Positions 24,339-38,117 of a DNA stretch of 64,000 bases are shown one piece after another. Below the pieces are notes generated by a model. The model had not been told where the DNA came from and ran no database searches. It saw only the letters and a list, made by a program, of their open reading frames with translations. Positions within the stretch are counted from its first letter, which is position 1; each line of letters opens with the position of its first letter. The translations under genes were made by a program, and so were the position numbers. The DNA is taken from contig NC_068993.1 in assembly GCF_001194135.2 (NCBI RefSeq), forward strand, positions 53,296,258 through 53,360,257, read 5' to 3'. This DNA is from Octopus bimaculoides. Its lineage: Eukaryota.

Positions 24339-27184
24339 GCTATTTTGTCTTAAAGAAAATGTGAATTCTGGCGTTTCAATCAGGTTTCTTCCTCAGAAAA
24401 GTCCCATCGGAATGTTAGAATCTGTCCATCACAGCTGTCAAATGACTCCAGTTCTGCAAGCTTTAACTAATTTTTGCTGATTCAGGCCACTACTAGCTTG
24501 TTTGAATTCCAGCTTTTCTCTCTTCTCTTTGCAGTTCATGTTGAAGGCACTATTCTATCTAGGTTGAGTCAGTGTTGTTGTTGAAAGTTTGTTTTGACAT
24601 GATTGTTACAGCAAAAGCCTTTGTTTTGATTAATTTTTCAATCTAAAGTTATATTATATACCTCGATTCTCTTTTACTGAAACTATTTTATAAACTCGCT
24701 TAAAACACATACACATACTGCAAAATTTAACACACCTGATAAATATTTTAGTGATAAAAAAAATCATGAATTTGAGATATAGAAGTCATTGTACAATTGG
24801 TAATCTTGTAATAATTTCCTTATCAACAAATAATTTTTTAAAATGCATTGTCTATATCTTAGGTGGTTTAGTATTTGAACAAATATTAAAATCTCTGTTC
24901 TGTTTGTATTAGTGTGTCCCATCCACTTGTCACACCAAACTGTAATTCTCCTATGTCACCCAAGTAGCAAGGCATACACTTGTTGCTCCACACTACCATT
25001 CCGATATCATACAGTAGAGTACCGTTCTTGTATCACTCTATACTACTCACTATTCTCATATCATACAATAGATAGACTATCATTCTCATGTGCTTCACCT
25101 GAGTACTATGTCACATAATAAAGTACCATTCTTATGTGTCACCCCACACTGATCATCAAGTCACACAACAGATTGCTGTCCTTGTGTCATTCAAAGCTAT
25201 CGTTCTCATGTGACATAATGAAGTATCATTCTTGTGTTACTCCAAACTACTGTTCTCTCTTGTCACTCAATAGTTAGAGTACCATTCTGACGTGTTTCTG
25301 CACACTTCATCCCTGAAGACTTGATATTCCCATCAGTGTCTAGCCATATACTTCTTAGTTGAAGAAAACTGATCTAAATAAAAACCTTTCCCAGTTATCT
25401 TATCTCTTCAATTTGCTGCTGTGCAGGTGGTGTGTAAAAAGCACCATTTGCTCATGGCTGATGTCAGTACTGCCTGACTGGCCCTCATGCTGGTAGCACG
25501 TAAAAGCACCCACTACACTCTAGGAGTGGTTGGCATTAGGAAGGGTATCCAGCTGTAGAAACTCTGCCAGATCAGATTGGAGACTGGTGCAGCCTTCTGG
25601 CTTGCTGGCCCTCAGTCAAACTGTCCAACCCATGCCAGCATGAAAAGTGGACGTTAAAAGATGATGATGATGATAATGATGTATAATGCTTAAAAAGCCC
25701 AGAAGTATATCAGAAGCAGATGAAAGTGTCCAGTAGTGGTGATGGAGTGATTATAAATGGATGAATATCGTATTTACAGTATAAGAATTCTAAGTGATCA
25801 CAAAAGTTGCTTTAAGGGGGTGCATACTTAGAACACAAAGTGGCCCTATTGCTCATTATGTTATGGGGATGTAAACAAACCAGTACTGGTTGTCAAGGAG
25901 TAATGGTGGGACAGACAAATCCAGAAGTCTACATCAAGAATCTCATATGAATGAAGGTCTTGATTTGTATATTTGGTACTTCAGTGAGCCATCATGTTAA
26001 GCCTGAAGTAGATCTTAACACATAAAGTGCAACAGGCCACGGTCATGGCCCAAATAGATGTATTTAATTTATGGGCGTTTGTTGGGGTCTAATGTCACTC
26101 AAATGCTCCTATACCCCCCAGAATGCAAGAGGACTAATAGTTCAACTAGTGACTTTTCAGATTATATAAAACTTGCCACCATTCTATACTAAGAAGATAT
26201 TTTAACTATTTTTTGTTTTTTATGTGTGGTAGTCTCATTTTCATAAAATATGCTCAGCAGTCCATGCTATGTTAAGTGCAAACCCTAGCGTTTTATGGGT
26301 TAATAATAACACTACATTAGTCCATGTTCCATATCAGCCTGAAAAATGAATGTAAAAACATTATGGTGATGATGATGATGATGATAAACCTTGGTGTAAA
26401 TGAGGTCATGTTTCTGAAAAGGTAATATTTTGTTGAAGGGTTGTCATATGATTAATATTAACAAAACTTTTTAAAATCCTCTTGTTCAGCTGTCTGTTGT
26501 TAATGAGAGCAGCTGATCTCTTTTCAAGTTGGTGAAGTGGACAAAAACAGAAGGCAGACTTGTTAAACAAAATAGCAGGGAATCTATCTAATATTAAACT
26601 ATTGTTGAGTTGTTGTCGTTATTGAAGGAAATTTTTGACATTGCAAGTCCATTGAATAAACTGATAAGAGATTTGAGAAATGATGTATGTACAACATGAG
26701 GCGCACACATGGCTGTGTGGTAAAAAGCTTGCTTCCTAACCATATGGCTCTTGGTTCAGTGCCACTGTGTTCCACCTTGGGTAATGTGTCTTCTACTATA
26801 CCCTCAGGCTGACCAAGGCCTTGTGAGTGGATTTGGTAGATGGAAACTGAAAGCAGCCCATCACATATGTGTATGTGTGTGTGTGTGTGTGTGTCTATTT
26901 CTCCCCGCTGTTGCTTGGCGACCAATGGGCATGCTGACGATTCTGCCAGCTCACCACCTTCACATATGTATATGTTGCCTGAGGGGTACATCACACATAA
27001 AAGCTACAAAGAAAATTTTGCCTCTAATCTCAAATGGTAGCTAATTAAATCTGGCTGAAACAGGTATAGTACTGATTAGCAAGAGAATTATAAGTAAGAT
27101 TAGTAAAATCATTAGAAAGATAACCAGACCAAAACAATGGAAGAAGAGCAGAAAAGCAGTGCAGTAATTTGCTGGTTTAAAAAT

Positions 27185-28040
27185 ATTTATTTCTTTATTA
27201 CCCACAGGGGTCTAAACATAGAGAGGACAAACAAGGAGAGACGAAGGGATTAAGTCGATTACGTCAACCCCACTGTGTAACCGGTACTTATTTAATCAAC
27301 CCCGAAAGGATGAAAAGCATAGTCGACCTTGGTGGAATTTTGAGCTCAGAATGTAAAACCAGTTCAAAACCATTGATTTTTATCCTTTGATCTGTTAAAA
27401 CCCTTGGTTTTGTCTGAAGATTCTGTAACATAAAAGTCTTAGACATAACCATTATAATATCTGCAAGAAAGATTCTGCTCTTAAATAAAGATTCTACTTA
27501 GGTCAAAAGATCAGATTCCCATAATTTCGTTCAGTATTTGTATGAGGTCATTTGATAGATAGTGAAGTTGTTAAAATAAAATACCAGTTACATACTGGGG
27601 TTGATGTTATCAACTTATCCCTATCTTCCCCTCAAAATTGCTATCCTTGTGCCAAATATTCTTTTCTACTCTAGGCACGAAGCCCGAAATTTTGGGTGGT
27701 GGCAGTTGATTAAATCGACCCCAGTACGCAACTGGTACTTAATTTATCGACCCTGAAAGGATGAAAGGCAAAGTCGACCTCGGCTGAATTTGAACTCAGA
27801 ATGTAAAGACAGACGAAGTAACGGGGACAAAAAATTCTTTTCTACTCTCGGCACAAGGCCTGAAATTTTGGGGGAGGGGGCCAGTTGATTAGATCTACCC
27901 CAGTATGCAACTGGTACTTAGTTTATTGACCTCGAAAGGATGAAAGGCACAGTTGACCTCTGGCAGAATTTGAACTCAGAACTTAAAAACAGATAAAATA
28001 CTGCTCAGCATTTTTCCTGGCATGCTAACGTCTCTATTAC
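27185..28040 (-). mobile_element. Three adjacent copies of a tRNA-derived SINE. Family also at about 41118-41230(+), 47690-47880(-), 54112-54425(+)
   Basis: Repeated GAAAGGATGAAAGGCAAAGTCGACCTCGG..GAATTTGAACTCAGAA; the reverse complement contains a B box-like GAGTTCAAATTC. Confidence 0.8.
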
Positions 28041-28153
28041 CCTGGCCTTGTGGCAAATATTAAAACCAGTATTGTATACATTGTTACTAATATCCATTTG
28101 ATGTATTTTTTCTTTTTTTTTCTTTTTTCTTTTTGCTTCTGCTGCCATTGTAG

Positions 28154-28250
28154 CAAAATGTGAAAAAAGTGTCAAATATGGAAGTCTTTTCTGATGGTGC
28201 ACAGTTTGGAATCACAAAATTTTCAGATCTTACAGAAAAAGAATTTACAG
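28154..28250 (+). CDS. CTSO: Cathepsin O-like exon 2 (QNVKKV...GAQFGITKFSDLTEKEFT)
   Basis: Long polypyrimidine tract and TAG acceptor, G|GTAAGT donor, GITKFSDL propeptide motif. Confidence 0.92.
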
Positions 28251-28459
28251 GTAAGTCTCTAAATTAGAATTTTATAATATCGTGTGACTAATTTGGTTGA
28301 GTGGAGAAACTGTTGGTGCAATGTGAAAAGTGTTTTTACCATTACTGATTTTGTATACTGGTCACTAAAACATAAAGAAGTGCTGATCACAGAAAATGGA
28401 TGGAAGTTGTGGATACATGTACGTTCAGAATACATGTACATTCAGGATACATGTCTGTG

Positions 28460-28712
28460 GTGTATCAGGACAACTACCCACTGAAGACAATTACCCACTG
28501 AGGACAATTACCCACTAAGGACAATTATCCTGCCCATTGGACAATTACCCCCGACGACAACTGCCCCCTAGGACAATTACCCCCCCCCCCCACCTTAGTT
28601 GATTATCCCTCTCTCCAATATATTAAGAAGTTTTAAATCATCATCTGTTGTCCTCAGGGGTAATTGTCCTGGGAGTAGGGGGTTATCCATGAGGGGTGGG
28701 GTAAATGTCCTA
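28460..28712. mobile_element. MITE-like element with subterminal GACAATTACCC repeats
   Basis: About 7 copies of a ~16-bp unit at 28470-28585 and inverted copies GGGTAATTGTCC / GGGTAAATGTCC at the right end. Confidence 0.55.
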
Positions 28713-29485
28713 GACTCATCTGTGGAGTGCTCAGCCACTTGCACTATTAATTCTGTGAGTGGGCTGTTCCATTGATCAGATCAACAGGAACCCTTGTCGT
28801 CATAACTGATGGAGTAGTTGCTGTTGTGGCTTCATCATCATCATCATCATCGTTTAACGTCTGTTTTCCATGCTGGCATGGGTTGGACGGTTCGACTGGG
28901 GTTTGGGAAGCCAGGAGGCTGCACCAGGCCCCAATCTGATCTTGCAGTGTTTCTACAGTTGGATGCCCTTCCTAACACCAACCACTCCAGGAGTGTAGTG
29001 GGTGCTTTTTACAAGCCACTGGCACAGAGGCTAGAGGAGTTGGCATCGACCACGACCGGATGGTGCTTTTTATGTGCCACCAGCATGGAAGCCAGTCAAG
29101 GCGGCACTGGCCTCGGCCATGTTTGGATGGTGCTTTTTACGTGCTACTGGCGCAGGGGTCATGACTACAATTTTCATTTGATTTGATTTTGATATTGATG
29201 TTGATGTACTTGACTCAATAGGTCTCCTCAAGCACAGCATGTTGCCCTACGATCCAAGGTACATTTGAGTGGGCTGGTTATGTGACACTGGTGTAGGTTA
29301 CAGCTGTGAACTCACTTTATTTGCCAGGTCTTGTTGTCAATAAATAAATGCTATAGGTTCCACCCAGTGCACTGGTTTCCCCATGGGCTTATAATACTCC
29401 TAAGGCAGTTCTTTTTTTAAAAGCAATATCTTTGTGGCTATAACATCTGGTTTTCCAAGCCAAAAGATACGAGATGGTCCTTTAA

Positions 29486-29704
29486 CCCTCCAGCATTCAG
29501 ATTATCCTGTCAAAATGCAATGCTTATTGGTTCACATTGTTTTGAACTTGCATTTTCTTGTAGCTCCAAGATTTTGATGATGATGTTAGTGTTTATTTTT
29601 AGAATGACATTGTAAAGTAGGTGTGAGAAGCTGAATATGACTAGTTTGAACATAGAAAATGTAAAATATTTGGGCCTGATATGGTCAGTTTAAATGTATA
29701 AAGG
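29486..29704. mobile_element. piggyBac-type MITE (TTAA flanks); related pieces at about 32360-32725
   Basis: TTAA-CCCT... and ...AAGG-TTAA termini. Internal sequence similar to 32365-32500. Confidence 0.5.
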
Positions 29705-29826
29705 TTAAAATATATTGTTATATTTTGGGATGGTCATTTATTTATTTTTTTCTTGCCAAAAAACACATGCACTGTATATTCATTCTTCATTTCAGATTCA
29801 TTATTGTTCTTATTTTATGTCTTTGT

Positions 29827-29867
29827 CCGAAAATCTTTTGTCACACCCCCTGTGACCTCTTCAGCAA
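29827..29867 (-). ncRNA. Degenerate hammerhead motif (G12A), paralogue of the 57384-57428 motif
   Basis: Minus strand: TTG-CTGAAGA-G-GTCACA-GGGGG-TGTGAC-AAAA-GATTT-T-CGG. Same stem II and similar flank (gggatggtcat...gccaa...aaacaca) as the 57.4 kb copy. Confidence 0.65.
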
Positions 29868-29983
29868 CTCTCCATCCCATGGTGTCTCCTCCCATTCTGT
29901 TTAGTTTGTTTCACATTAGGAGTCTTACAAAAACAAGTGTTATTCTAAATAATGAAATAACATTTGTTTCTCTCTAAACACAG

Positions 29984-30104
29984 AACTATACTTGAAAGGA
30001 TTGAAAGGCAAGCATCCCCTTCTCAAGTCAAGCCAACAACCTCCAAATTCCACCACACCAATGCAGAATATCCGTAAATTGAAAATCCCACTTGCTATGG
30101 ACTG
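29984..30104 (+). CDS. CTSO: Cathepsin O-like exon 3 (ELYLKGLK...KIPLAMDW)
   Basis: CAG acceptor and TG|GTAAGA donor, phase 1 to 2. Ends at the P-x-x-x-DW start of the mature enzyme. Confidence 0.9.
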
Positions 30105-30159
30105 GTAAGATCATTTCTCTCTTCCAATACTGTATGACTATATTGTGATGTAAATCTCT

Positions 30160-30830
30160 CTAATGCATATTGTATATCTGTATATCTATATATTGTATAT
30201 CTCTATGTTGTACATTGTATATCTGTATGTTGTATATTGGATATCTGTATATCTGTATGTTGCATATTGTATATCTGTATGTTGTATATTGTATATATTG
30301 TATATTTGTATGTTGCATATTATGTATCTGTATATAGTTATTGTATGTCTGTATGTTGTATATTTGTATGTTGTATATTTGTATGTTGTATATTGTATAT
30401 TGCATATCTGTATGTTGTATATTGTGTATCTGTATGTTGTATACTGTATATCTGTATGTTGTATACTGTATATCTGTNNNNNNNNNNNNNNNNNNNNNNN
30501 NNNNNNNNNNNNNNNNNNNNNNNNNNNNNNNNNNNNNNNNNNNNNNNNNNNNNNNNNNNNNNNNNNNNNNNNNNNNNNNNNNNNNNNNNNNNNNNNNNTG
30601 TCTATTGTATATCTGTATGTTGTCTATTGTATATCTGTATGTTGTCTATTGTATATCTGTATGTTGTCTATTGTATATCTGTATGTTGTCTATTGTATAT
30701 CTGTATGTTGTCTATTGTATATCTGTATGTTATCTATTGTATATCTGTATGTTGTCTATTGTATATCTGTATGTTGTCTATTGTATATCTGTATGTTGTA
30801 TATTGTATATCTGTATATTGTATCAGATCA
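30160..30830. repeat. 22-bp minisatellite (TATATCTGTATGTTGTCTATTG)n in cathepsin intron 3
   Basis: Degenerate units left of the gap and near-perfect units right of it. Confidence 0.95.
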
Positions 30831-30984
30831 TCCCATAAGTTCAGTCTGATTTTACCTTTTTTAAAATTGAATGAAATTTAATAGTATTTTAGAATGTCTA
30901 ATGGAATTCAAAAAATTATTTTTATGCATTTGTGTACATTTAAACTAATTTAAATATTATTTTACAGAATAATAGAATTAAAAT

Positions 30985-31365
30985 TTCTTTGATTAAAACC
31001 CTTTCTAACCTGGAAGTATTCAAAGAGCATTTAAGGCACATAATGCTTTATGAGTACAAAAATGGAAACTCTGCAGCCGAAGCGACTCGAAACATACACT
31101 CAGTTTATGTGAAAGAATGCTTAAATGAAAGAACTTGCAGCAGATGGTTTGCAAAATTCAAAAGTGGAGATTTCAGCCTTGAAGATGAAGATTGAATAGG
31201 ATGTCCAGTTGAGTTTGATGATAAGCTCCTTGAGGCATTACTTGAAGAAAATCCTGCATTATCAGTTGAAAAATTGGCAATAAAGCTTAGTTCAAACCAT
31301 ATAGCTGTTCATCATCATCTTCAACAACTGGAAAATTTCCTAAACTTGGAAAATGGGTGCCTCGT
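30985..31365 (+). mobile_element. Mariner N-terminal fragment in cathepsin intron 3
   Basis: KEHLRHIMLYEYKNGNSAAEATRNI...WFAKFKSGDFSLED, continuing past an in-frame stop. Confidence 0.85.
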
Positions 31366-31431
31366 TAATTGTTGTATATGGTATATACAATTATTGCATA
31401 TGGTATATGATTTATCCTTTTCTCATTCCAG

Positions 31432-31488
31432 GAGGAAATCCAAAGCCGTCACAAAAGTGAAGAATCAGGGATCATGTGGAGCTTGTTG
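31432..31488 (+). CDS. CTSO: Cathepsin O-like exon 4 (RKSKAVTKVKNQGSCGACW; oxyanion Gln and catalytic Cys)
   Basis: ttccag acceptor and TG|GTAAAG donor. QGSCGACW motif with catalytic Cys codon at 31484-31486. Confidence 0.96.
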
Positions 31489-32845
31489 GTAAAGAAATGC
31501 TCAAGTGATTATTGTCTTTGCTGTTGTTTGTACCACCGCCACCACCACTGTCACTATCATCACCATCATAAGAGTTCAACAGCACTTTTCTCACAGAAAA
31601 ACAATAGTGACAGCAAGTTACATTTAGCATATGGCTCTACCAAGTTGAATTATGTTTTTGCCACTTGACCCCTGCTAACCTTTTGTTTTCGATAGAGAGT
31701 GAAATTAACAAAACAATAGACCTTCCAAAATACCCATTGTTTGGATAACAGTATGTCTCTCTTTCTCGTTATCTTGTGATAGTTATACATACAGAAGATT
31801 CCCAAGCAAAAATTAGTGAATAGAGACCAGCTGGAGATGGCCACAAGCAGACAGCCATTTGAGACAAATGGCCAGAGGGAGAAAGAAACTTACAATCAGC
31901 TACTATGAGACACAACATCCCTTGACTCTCTAACTTTCACTAGCTCACCTTCTTTTCTCTACAACATCACTCTGTCTCTATCTTTCTTACTGTTAGAATT
32001 ACAGATGTGTACACACTTATATAAGAAGAAATTAACTTCCTTAACCTGGCATGCTTTTCCACTTATATTATTACACACACCTTGCCTGTTGAGGCATGGC
32101 ATAATATTAAGCAACAGTAAATAAATAAATTTGAAGTCAACATCAACTTTGATCACTGTTCTTCTTTCATCTTGCACATCTGCAACAGCAACACCCATTA
32201 CAATCGCTAACTACCAACACTCAACATATACCATCACAACTACCGTTACAACTGGTGACCACTGACATCACCTAACATACTTGCTGGTTCTGGTCAAACC
32301 GTCCAACCCATGCCAGCATGGAAAACTGATGTTAAATGAAGATTAATGATGATGATGATTGTTTTGATTAAATCATGCATTATCTTGTACCTTTGAGATT
32401 TCAATGGCATGTTTGTTTATTTTTACAATGACATTGTAGGGTAGGTGTGAACGGCCAGATCTGGCCAGTTTGAACATAAAACAGGTAGACTATTTGAGCT
32501 GGTTTTACACTTTACCATTTAAACTGGCTGTATCCGGCCAAAATATCCTGTTCTGTATCCATACTGGCCATATCTGCCCCCCCTCCCACCCGACAATATT
32601 ATTCTAAAAACTAACAGTTGTCTCATAAAAATCAGAAGTCTGTAAGACAGCGCATGACTAATTCTAAAAATGTGAATAAATATGCATTACATTTGACAGA
32701 ATAATATGAATATTAACGGTTAAAACCTGAAGAGTTAAAGTGGAGTTTTCTGCTTTTTCTCTTTTGAACCATTTTTTGTTTAGATTTTTGTATTTATGTT
32801 GATGTTAATTGTTCTGAGATTCTTGTAATGTTTCCATTGATGCAG

Positions 32846-33002
32846 GGCATTCAGCTGTGTTGAGACAATGGAGAGTATGTGTGCCATTATGAAGAATATA
32901 TCTGCCCCTGAATTATCCGTACAGGAAGTGATTGACTGTACTGGTGAGAGTCTGGGATGCCGTGGTGGAGATACGTGTTCTACATTACAATGGCTACAAA
33001 AG
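32846..33002 (+). CDS. CTSO: Cathepsin O-like exon 5 (AFSCVETMESM...LSVQEVIDC...GCRGG...WLQK)
   Basis: tgcag acceptor, weak AAG|GTTACC donor. LSVQEVIDC and GCxGG motifs. Confidence 0.93.
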
Positions 33003-33633
33003 GTTACCCTTTTATTTTTATCTGACTTATTTGCACACCATTTTTGTTGTTGTCATCATCATCATCATCATTTAACGTCTGCTTTCCATGCTTGCATGGG
33101 TTGGATGATTTGACTGAGGACTGGCGAACCAGATGGCTACACCAGGTTCCAATCTGATCTGGCAGAGTTTCTACAGCTGGATGCCCTTCCTAATGCCAAC
33201 CACTCCGAGAGTGTAGTGGGTGCTTTTACGTTCCACCGGCACAAAGGCCAGTCAGGCTGTACTGGCAATGGCCACGCTCAAAATGGTGTATTTTATGTGC
33301 CACCTGCACAGGAGCCAGTCTGGTGGCACTGGCAACGACCTCGCTCGAATTTCTTTTCACGTGCCACTGGTAACGATTATGCTCAAATGGTGCTATTTAT
33401 GTGCCACTGATCACAAAAAACACAAATTTCACCACTTGCAAAGTAAACACAACGGTGTTATTTGGCACATTGCCTCATGAAAGTCTCTGCCAGCTTTCAC
33501 TGTACACCCAACCGTGTACTGCCATCTGTTGGCATGCTACAGAACTAGTTTGGGAACATTTTGATACAGTTTCTTATTTTTCTTACATTTTCAAAATATT
33601 TTGTATAACATTTTTATATCTATTTCTTTGTAG

Positions 33634-33749
33634 AATAACCAGACAGTGGTCTATGAATCTGCTTATCCTCTCAAAGATATCGATGAATCATGTCGTCCTA
33701 TTAAAAAAGATGCCCCAGGTGCTCAAGTGATAGAATCTACATGTGACAA
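33634..33749 (+). CDS. CTSO: Cathepsin O-like exon 6 (NNQTVVYESAYPLK...STCD)
   Basis: ttgtag acceptor and AA|GTAAGC donor. ESAYP motif, phases consistent. Confidence 0.92.
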
Positions 33750-34574
33750 GTAAGCATTGGTAGAATTGGTAGAAGTAAAGTTCTGTGAAGGAACAGGGTC
33801 CAGTGGTTTGGGTGTTGCCCTCACTATCGTAGGGTCATAGTTTTGATTCCCGGATCAAGTGTTCTTGAGCAAAACACTTCATTTTACGTTGCTTCAGTCT
33901 GCTCAGCTGTAAATGAATTCCAACATCAGCTGGGGTAATTGACTCAGCGACAGACTGTTCAGCAGGGGCTTTTGTAACCCCAGTAACTTAAATGCTATGG
34001 AAACCAGATCAAGCTTCAACTTTATGGGCTCTGGGGTTCATGAAAAAAAAAAATTAAAGAATGAATGTTGAGAAATAAAGTATTGGACTATCTGGTCATA
34101 AGTCGAGAGTTCAAACCTGATGCAGGTGTCTTTGTGTTTCTTCACCATATTATCAGGAATAGCTGCTAAATCATTTGGTAATGTTCCTTACCCTATCTGA
34201 AAGAAGGTTTCTCTCTTTTTTTCATAATGTGAAACTTAGCAATGGCACTTAAAAATCACCTCATAATCTCAAAAACATTTATGAATTACACAATCACAGT
34301 AGATATATTTATATAAATTATCATCTTATCAGTAAAATTAAGCACTTGAAACCACTCTCTTATCAGTATATATTTACATACTTGAACATGTTTTATCGAT
34401 GTATTTACACAATTTAATCTCTGTTAGTTATTTCTAGCATATATTTTTCAACATTTATCTCACCATAACCTTGAAAAGATGAATGCCATTTACTAGAATA
34501 TTTAATATATAATAACTGAAACATTGATATTTTATCCATCCATCTTGTCTGCTCATTATTCCTGAAAGGGTCAT

Positions 34575-34960
34575 GGAAGTAGAGTTCTCAGGCTCCTCTT
34601 CCATAGGGTCCTATCAAAAACAACCATCATTGCACTTTCCAGCTGGACTCCCAGGCATAACCACCTAGGACTATGGATATTATCGAACCATCTCATTCTG
34701 GGTCTCCTGGTGGTTGATCCAGCTTGAAGAATCTATCATGGGATTCTTTCCTGTGACATTCTAATCCCATGTCCATGGAACCAGAGCTGTGACCTCTCAA
34801 TGCACAGCTGTAGTGGCTCCACCTGGAGAGACTCCCTGGTCTCTGAGTTCCGCACCCTGTTGAGCGACGTCACCCAGGGGATCGTTTGGCAGAACCCATG
34901 TCGTCAGCTTATATTCACAACTGTACTCTTTCAGTCATTATCCAACATTCATGACCACAG
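34575..34960 (-). mobile_element. RTE LINE ORF2 C-terminal remnant
   Basis: Minus strand SLNRVRNSETRESLQVEPL...IERSQL.FHGH..RM.QERIP...RRPRMRWFDNI. Confidence 0.7.
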
Positions 34961-36198
34961 GTGAGGATAGGCATAGAAGGTGAATTGAAGTTAAAGAGTT
35001 TTATTCCAGATGGAAATATTGAAGTTTACACAAACTAAGAATCAATAGAATTTTCATCATTATTTTATCAACATAAATTAATAATTAGGGTTTCAGTTAA
35101 TCTGTTTGCCTTAACAAAACACTATCGATAGAATTTCCATTATCATTTCATCAACTCAAACTGAAAGGTCAGTCAAATTTCCATTACTGTTTTTTTATCT
35201 TTATTCATCATCATCATCATTTAACATCCATTTTTCCATTCTTGCATGGATCAGTCTGAATTTATTGAGGTAGATTTTCTATGACTGGATGCCCTTATTG
35301 TTATCAACTCTCACCTGTTTCCAGGTAATGTAATATTTCTCAGTATCTAGATATGTTTTCTGCGAAAGATTGGAAATGAACAATACCACCTTTATGACTG
35401 TGATGCTTGTTTATAACACAATGTCAAAACAAAGGTGTGTGCATACGCACACACACATGCACATGCGCACATACCCCCCCCNNNNNNNNNNCACATGCAC
35501 ACCAGCTCTGTTTGCAAGGCTTTGGTTGGCTGGTGTTATAGTAGAGTTACACTTGCCCAATGTACTGCACAGTGAGATTGAACCCAAGACCCATCGGTAG
35601 GAAGCAAGCTGCCCAACCATATGACCTTGGGCTTATTCTTTTACATTTCTACTTGAGCATTACTATAATAACTAGGATGGATTATCTCGGTATCTCAGTT
35701 TATATGCCTTATTGTGACAGACATCCAGAACTTTGTCCCTGCTTGCCTTCTTTGATTAAGTCAGGTAAAAAAATAAAAAAAACAAAAGGAAAAACAAGGC
35801 AAGCTCTAAAACGTTGAGTTCTACCAGACCACAGTGTATCCATCCATCTATCCATCCTCTTCTCTGCCCAATACTCCTGGGAGGATCTTGTGGGTAGAAT
35901 CTTCAGCCACCCACTTGTTTGCTTTCTTTTTCAATTAACACTATGTCTGGCTTCCTATTCTCCATCTCATCGTCACACTGAATCATAAAATCCCACAGGA
36001 TCTTTGCATTATCATTTTCGATGATTATTATTATTATTATTATGACTATAAGCATGAAAACCAAGTAATGAAATGGAAGATAGCAAGTCTGGGTTTTTGT
36101 TTTACCACACTAATAAAAGCAAACACAGGAGGATCTGTCTTTATTCTTTAGAGATCTGCTAAGTTGTTTCTGAATGTTATTTGGCTTTCTTTTTTCAG

Positions 36199-36365
36199 CT
36201 TTGTTGGAAAAGAAGACAAAATGTTGCTCCATCTTGCCCAAAATGGTCCATTGGTTGCTGCAGTGGACGCCTCAACTTGGTCCAACTACCAGAAAGGAAT
36301 CATTAGATACCACTGTGAGGCTACTAACAATCATGCTGTCCAGATTGTTGGATATAACATATCAG
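36199..36365 (+). CDS. CTSO: Cathepsin O-like exon 7 (GPLVAAVDASTW...NNHAVQIVGY; catalytic His)
   Basis: tttcag acceptor and G|GTGACT donor. NHAV motif. Confidence 0.96.
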
Positions 36366-37828
36366 GTGACTATATTCTTCTATACACGCTTCTTTTCTCT
36401 CTTTCTCTCTTCCTACCCCATCTCTTTGTTGCTTCTTGCTTCATCTTTCAGTGGATATATAGATGTCAGTTAGGTGGTGTGGCTGGTGCTAAATCCATTG
36501 GGGTATTTTGTGTGTAATAGCAATTTCAGGGTCTATTAGGCAAGGGAGATGACTCTAAGGATCATTATTATTATTGTTGCGTGAGAGAGCAACGCATGCT
36601 ATCAAAGTGACACTGGGGTACAAATATACAAAACCCAGTATACCCATCATGACTACCCATAAGGGTATACCAGGTACATGTATCACAATCATATGTACAT
36701 GACATGGTGATCTCATATCAAGAAAAACAGCGCATGACCTTGCAAGTGGGGCCCAGTTAGAATTTTCTTCAGATCAGGTAGTCCATCCCACTCAAAAGGT
36801 CCCCGAATAAGAGGCAGGGGTGATAATACTAAGGGTTATTTTTTTTTAAAAAGTAATGGAGCAGTAAAATATGAGGTCTGGATTGTAACTCAAAATGTTC
36901 TAAGAACGGAAGAAAACTTGAAGCTTCTTGCTGATGCATATTAGAATTTCTCATATTTTTTCACTTATCCTTAGAGTTTCTAATTAATGTTGAAACTTGC
37001 ATTTGTTCCTCAAGTTCAGAATGTATCTTAATAAATGACGTCTGAGTTCCTGAAATTGTATATATGCTGGTTATGTCACAATTTAAACTAGTTGGCCATT
37101 AAGCCAATAATCTAATTATTTATACGTTTATTGTTAACACCTTATCACTATAGATAGTAAGACTTGTTATAGGCGTCTACTGACTAATGGGCATGGGATC
37201 AGACTTATATAATTTTGTGATGGGATGCTAGGCACGAAAGATTGAATCTTTTTGCAGTAATGATTGAAAATTCAGCGAATTTACATATGGTAAACTAACT
37301 GATTTTAATTGTACTTTTTATCAAAGATTCAGTAAAATTTGTGATTATTTGGAAATATGTGATACTAGGTTTAAAAAATTCCTGGCAATGCTTATTCTTA
37401 TTTCTATGTTAAAAGAAGTATTATATCATAGTGCTCATATTTTTCTACTTGATTATTTTCAAAAACCAAAAAAGAAAAAAAAAATACTTAAGAAGACACA
37501 ATAACCCTTGCATCATAAACCATAAGACTGCTATTAGTAATATTTATACGCTAACAACTTTATGATTATGTACAGTGTACAGGATACATTTATTGAGGCC
37601 CTCACCACAAGAGAAGTTATCATGTCTGAAGCAGAACCAAAGAGTTCTATACGTTCTATGTTGCCTCTGTTCATGTATTTACACCAGAGTTTTGTCTCAT
37701 GACCAGACAAAAGTGTGAGGGAGGGAAGCTTCTTAATGGATGAGAACCAATAATTAGTTGTACAGTTCTATATTTAAGAGATGAGGAATTATTTACATTT
37801 GATATTTGTCCTCATCTTGTTTGTTGTT

Positions 37829-37874
37829 AACACAACGTTTCGGCTGATATACCCTCCAGCCTTCATCAGGTGTC
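37829..37874 (-). ncRNA. Type I minimal hammerhead ribozyme motif, core intact
   Basis: Minus strand: GACAC-CTGATGA-A-GGCTG-gagggtatat-CAGCC-GAAA-CGT-T-GTGTT. Palindromic ACGT stem III, 5-bp stems I and II, GUU triplet. Confidence 0.8.
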
Positions 37875-38071
37875 TTGGGGAAATTTCGAACCTCGGTTCT
37901 CATATGGTGTAGTGGTTAAGAGCGTGGGCTACTAACCCCAAGATTCCAAGTTCCATTCTAAGCTGTGACCTGAATAATAATAATGATGATGATGATGATG
38001 ATGATGACGACGGTGGCGACGACGACGAGAAATACCTTAGGAATGAGAACTCAGGTTCGAAATTTCCCCAA

Positions 38072-38117
38072 GACACCTGATGAAGGCTGGAGGGTATATC
38101 AGCCGAAACGCTGTGTT
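38072..38117 (+). ncRNA. Inverted duplicate hammerhead motif, U16.1C
   Basis: GACAC-CTGATGA-A-GGCTG...CAGCC-GAAA-CGC-T-GTGTT. One substitution (38111) relative to the minus-strand copy. Confidence 0.75.

Noticed and set aside
37217-37251. GTGATGG-GATGC..GCAC-GAAA-GATTGAATCTT hammerhead-like string
   Set aside because: Two core mismatches and no stem I.
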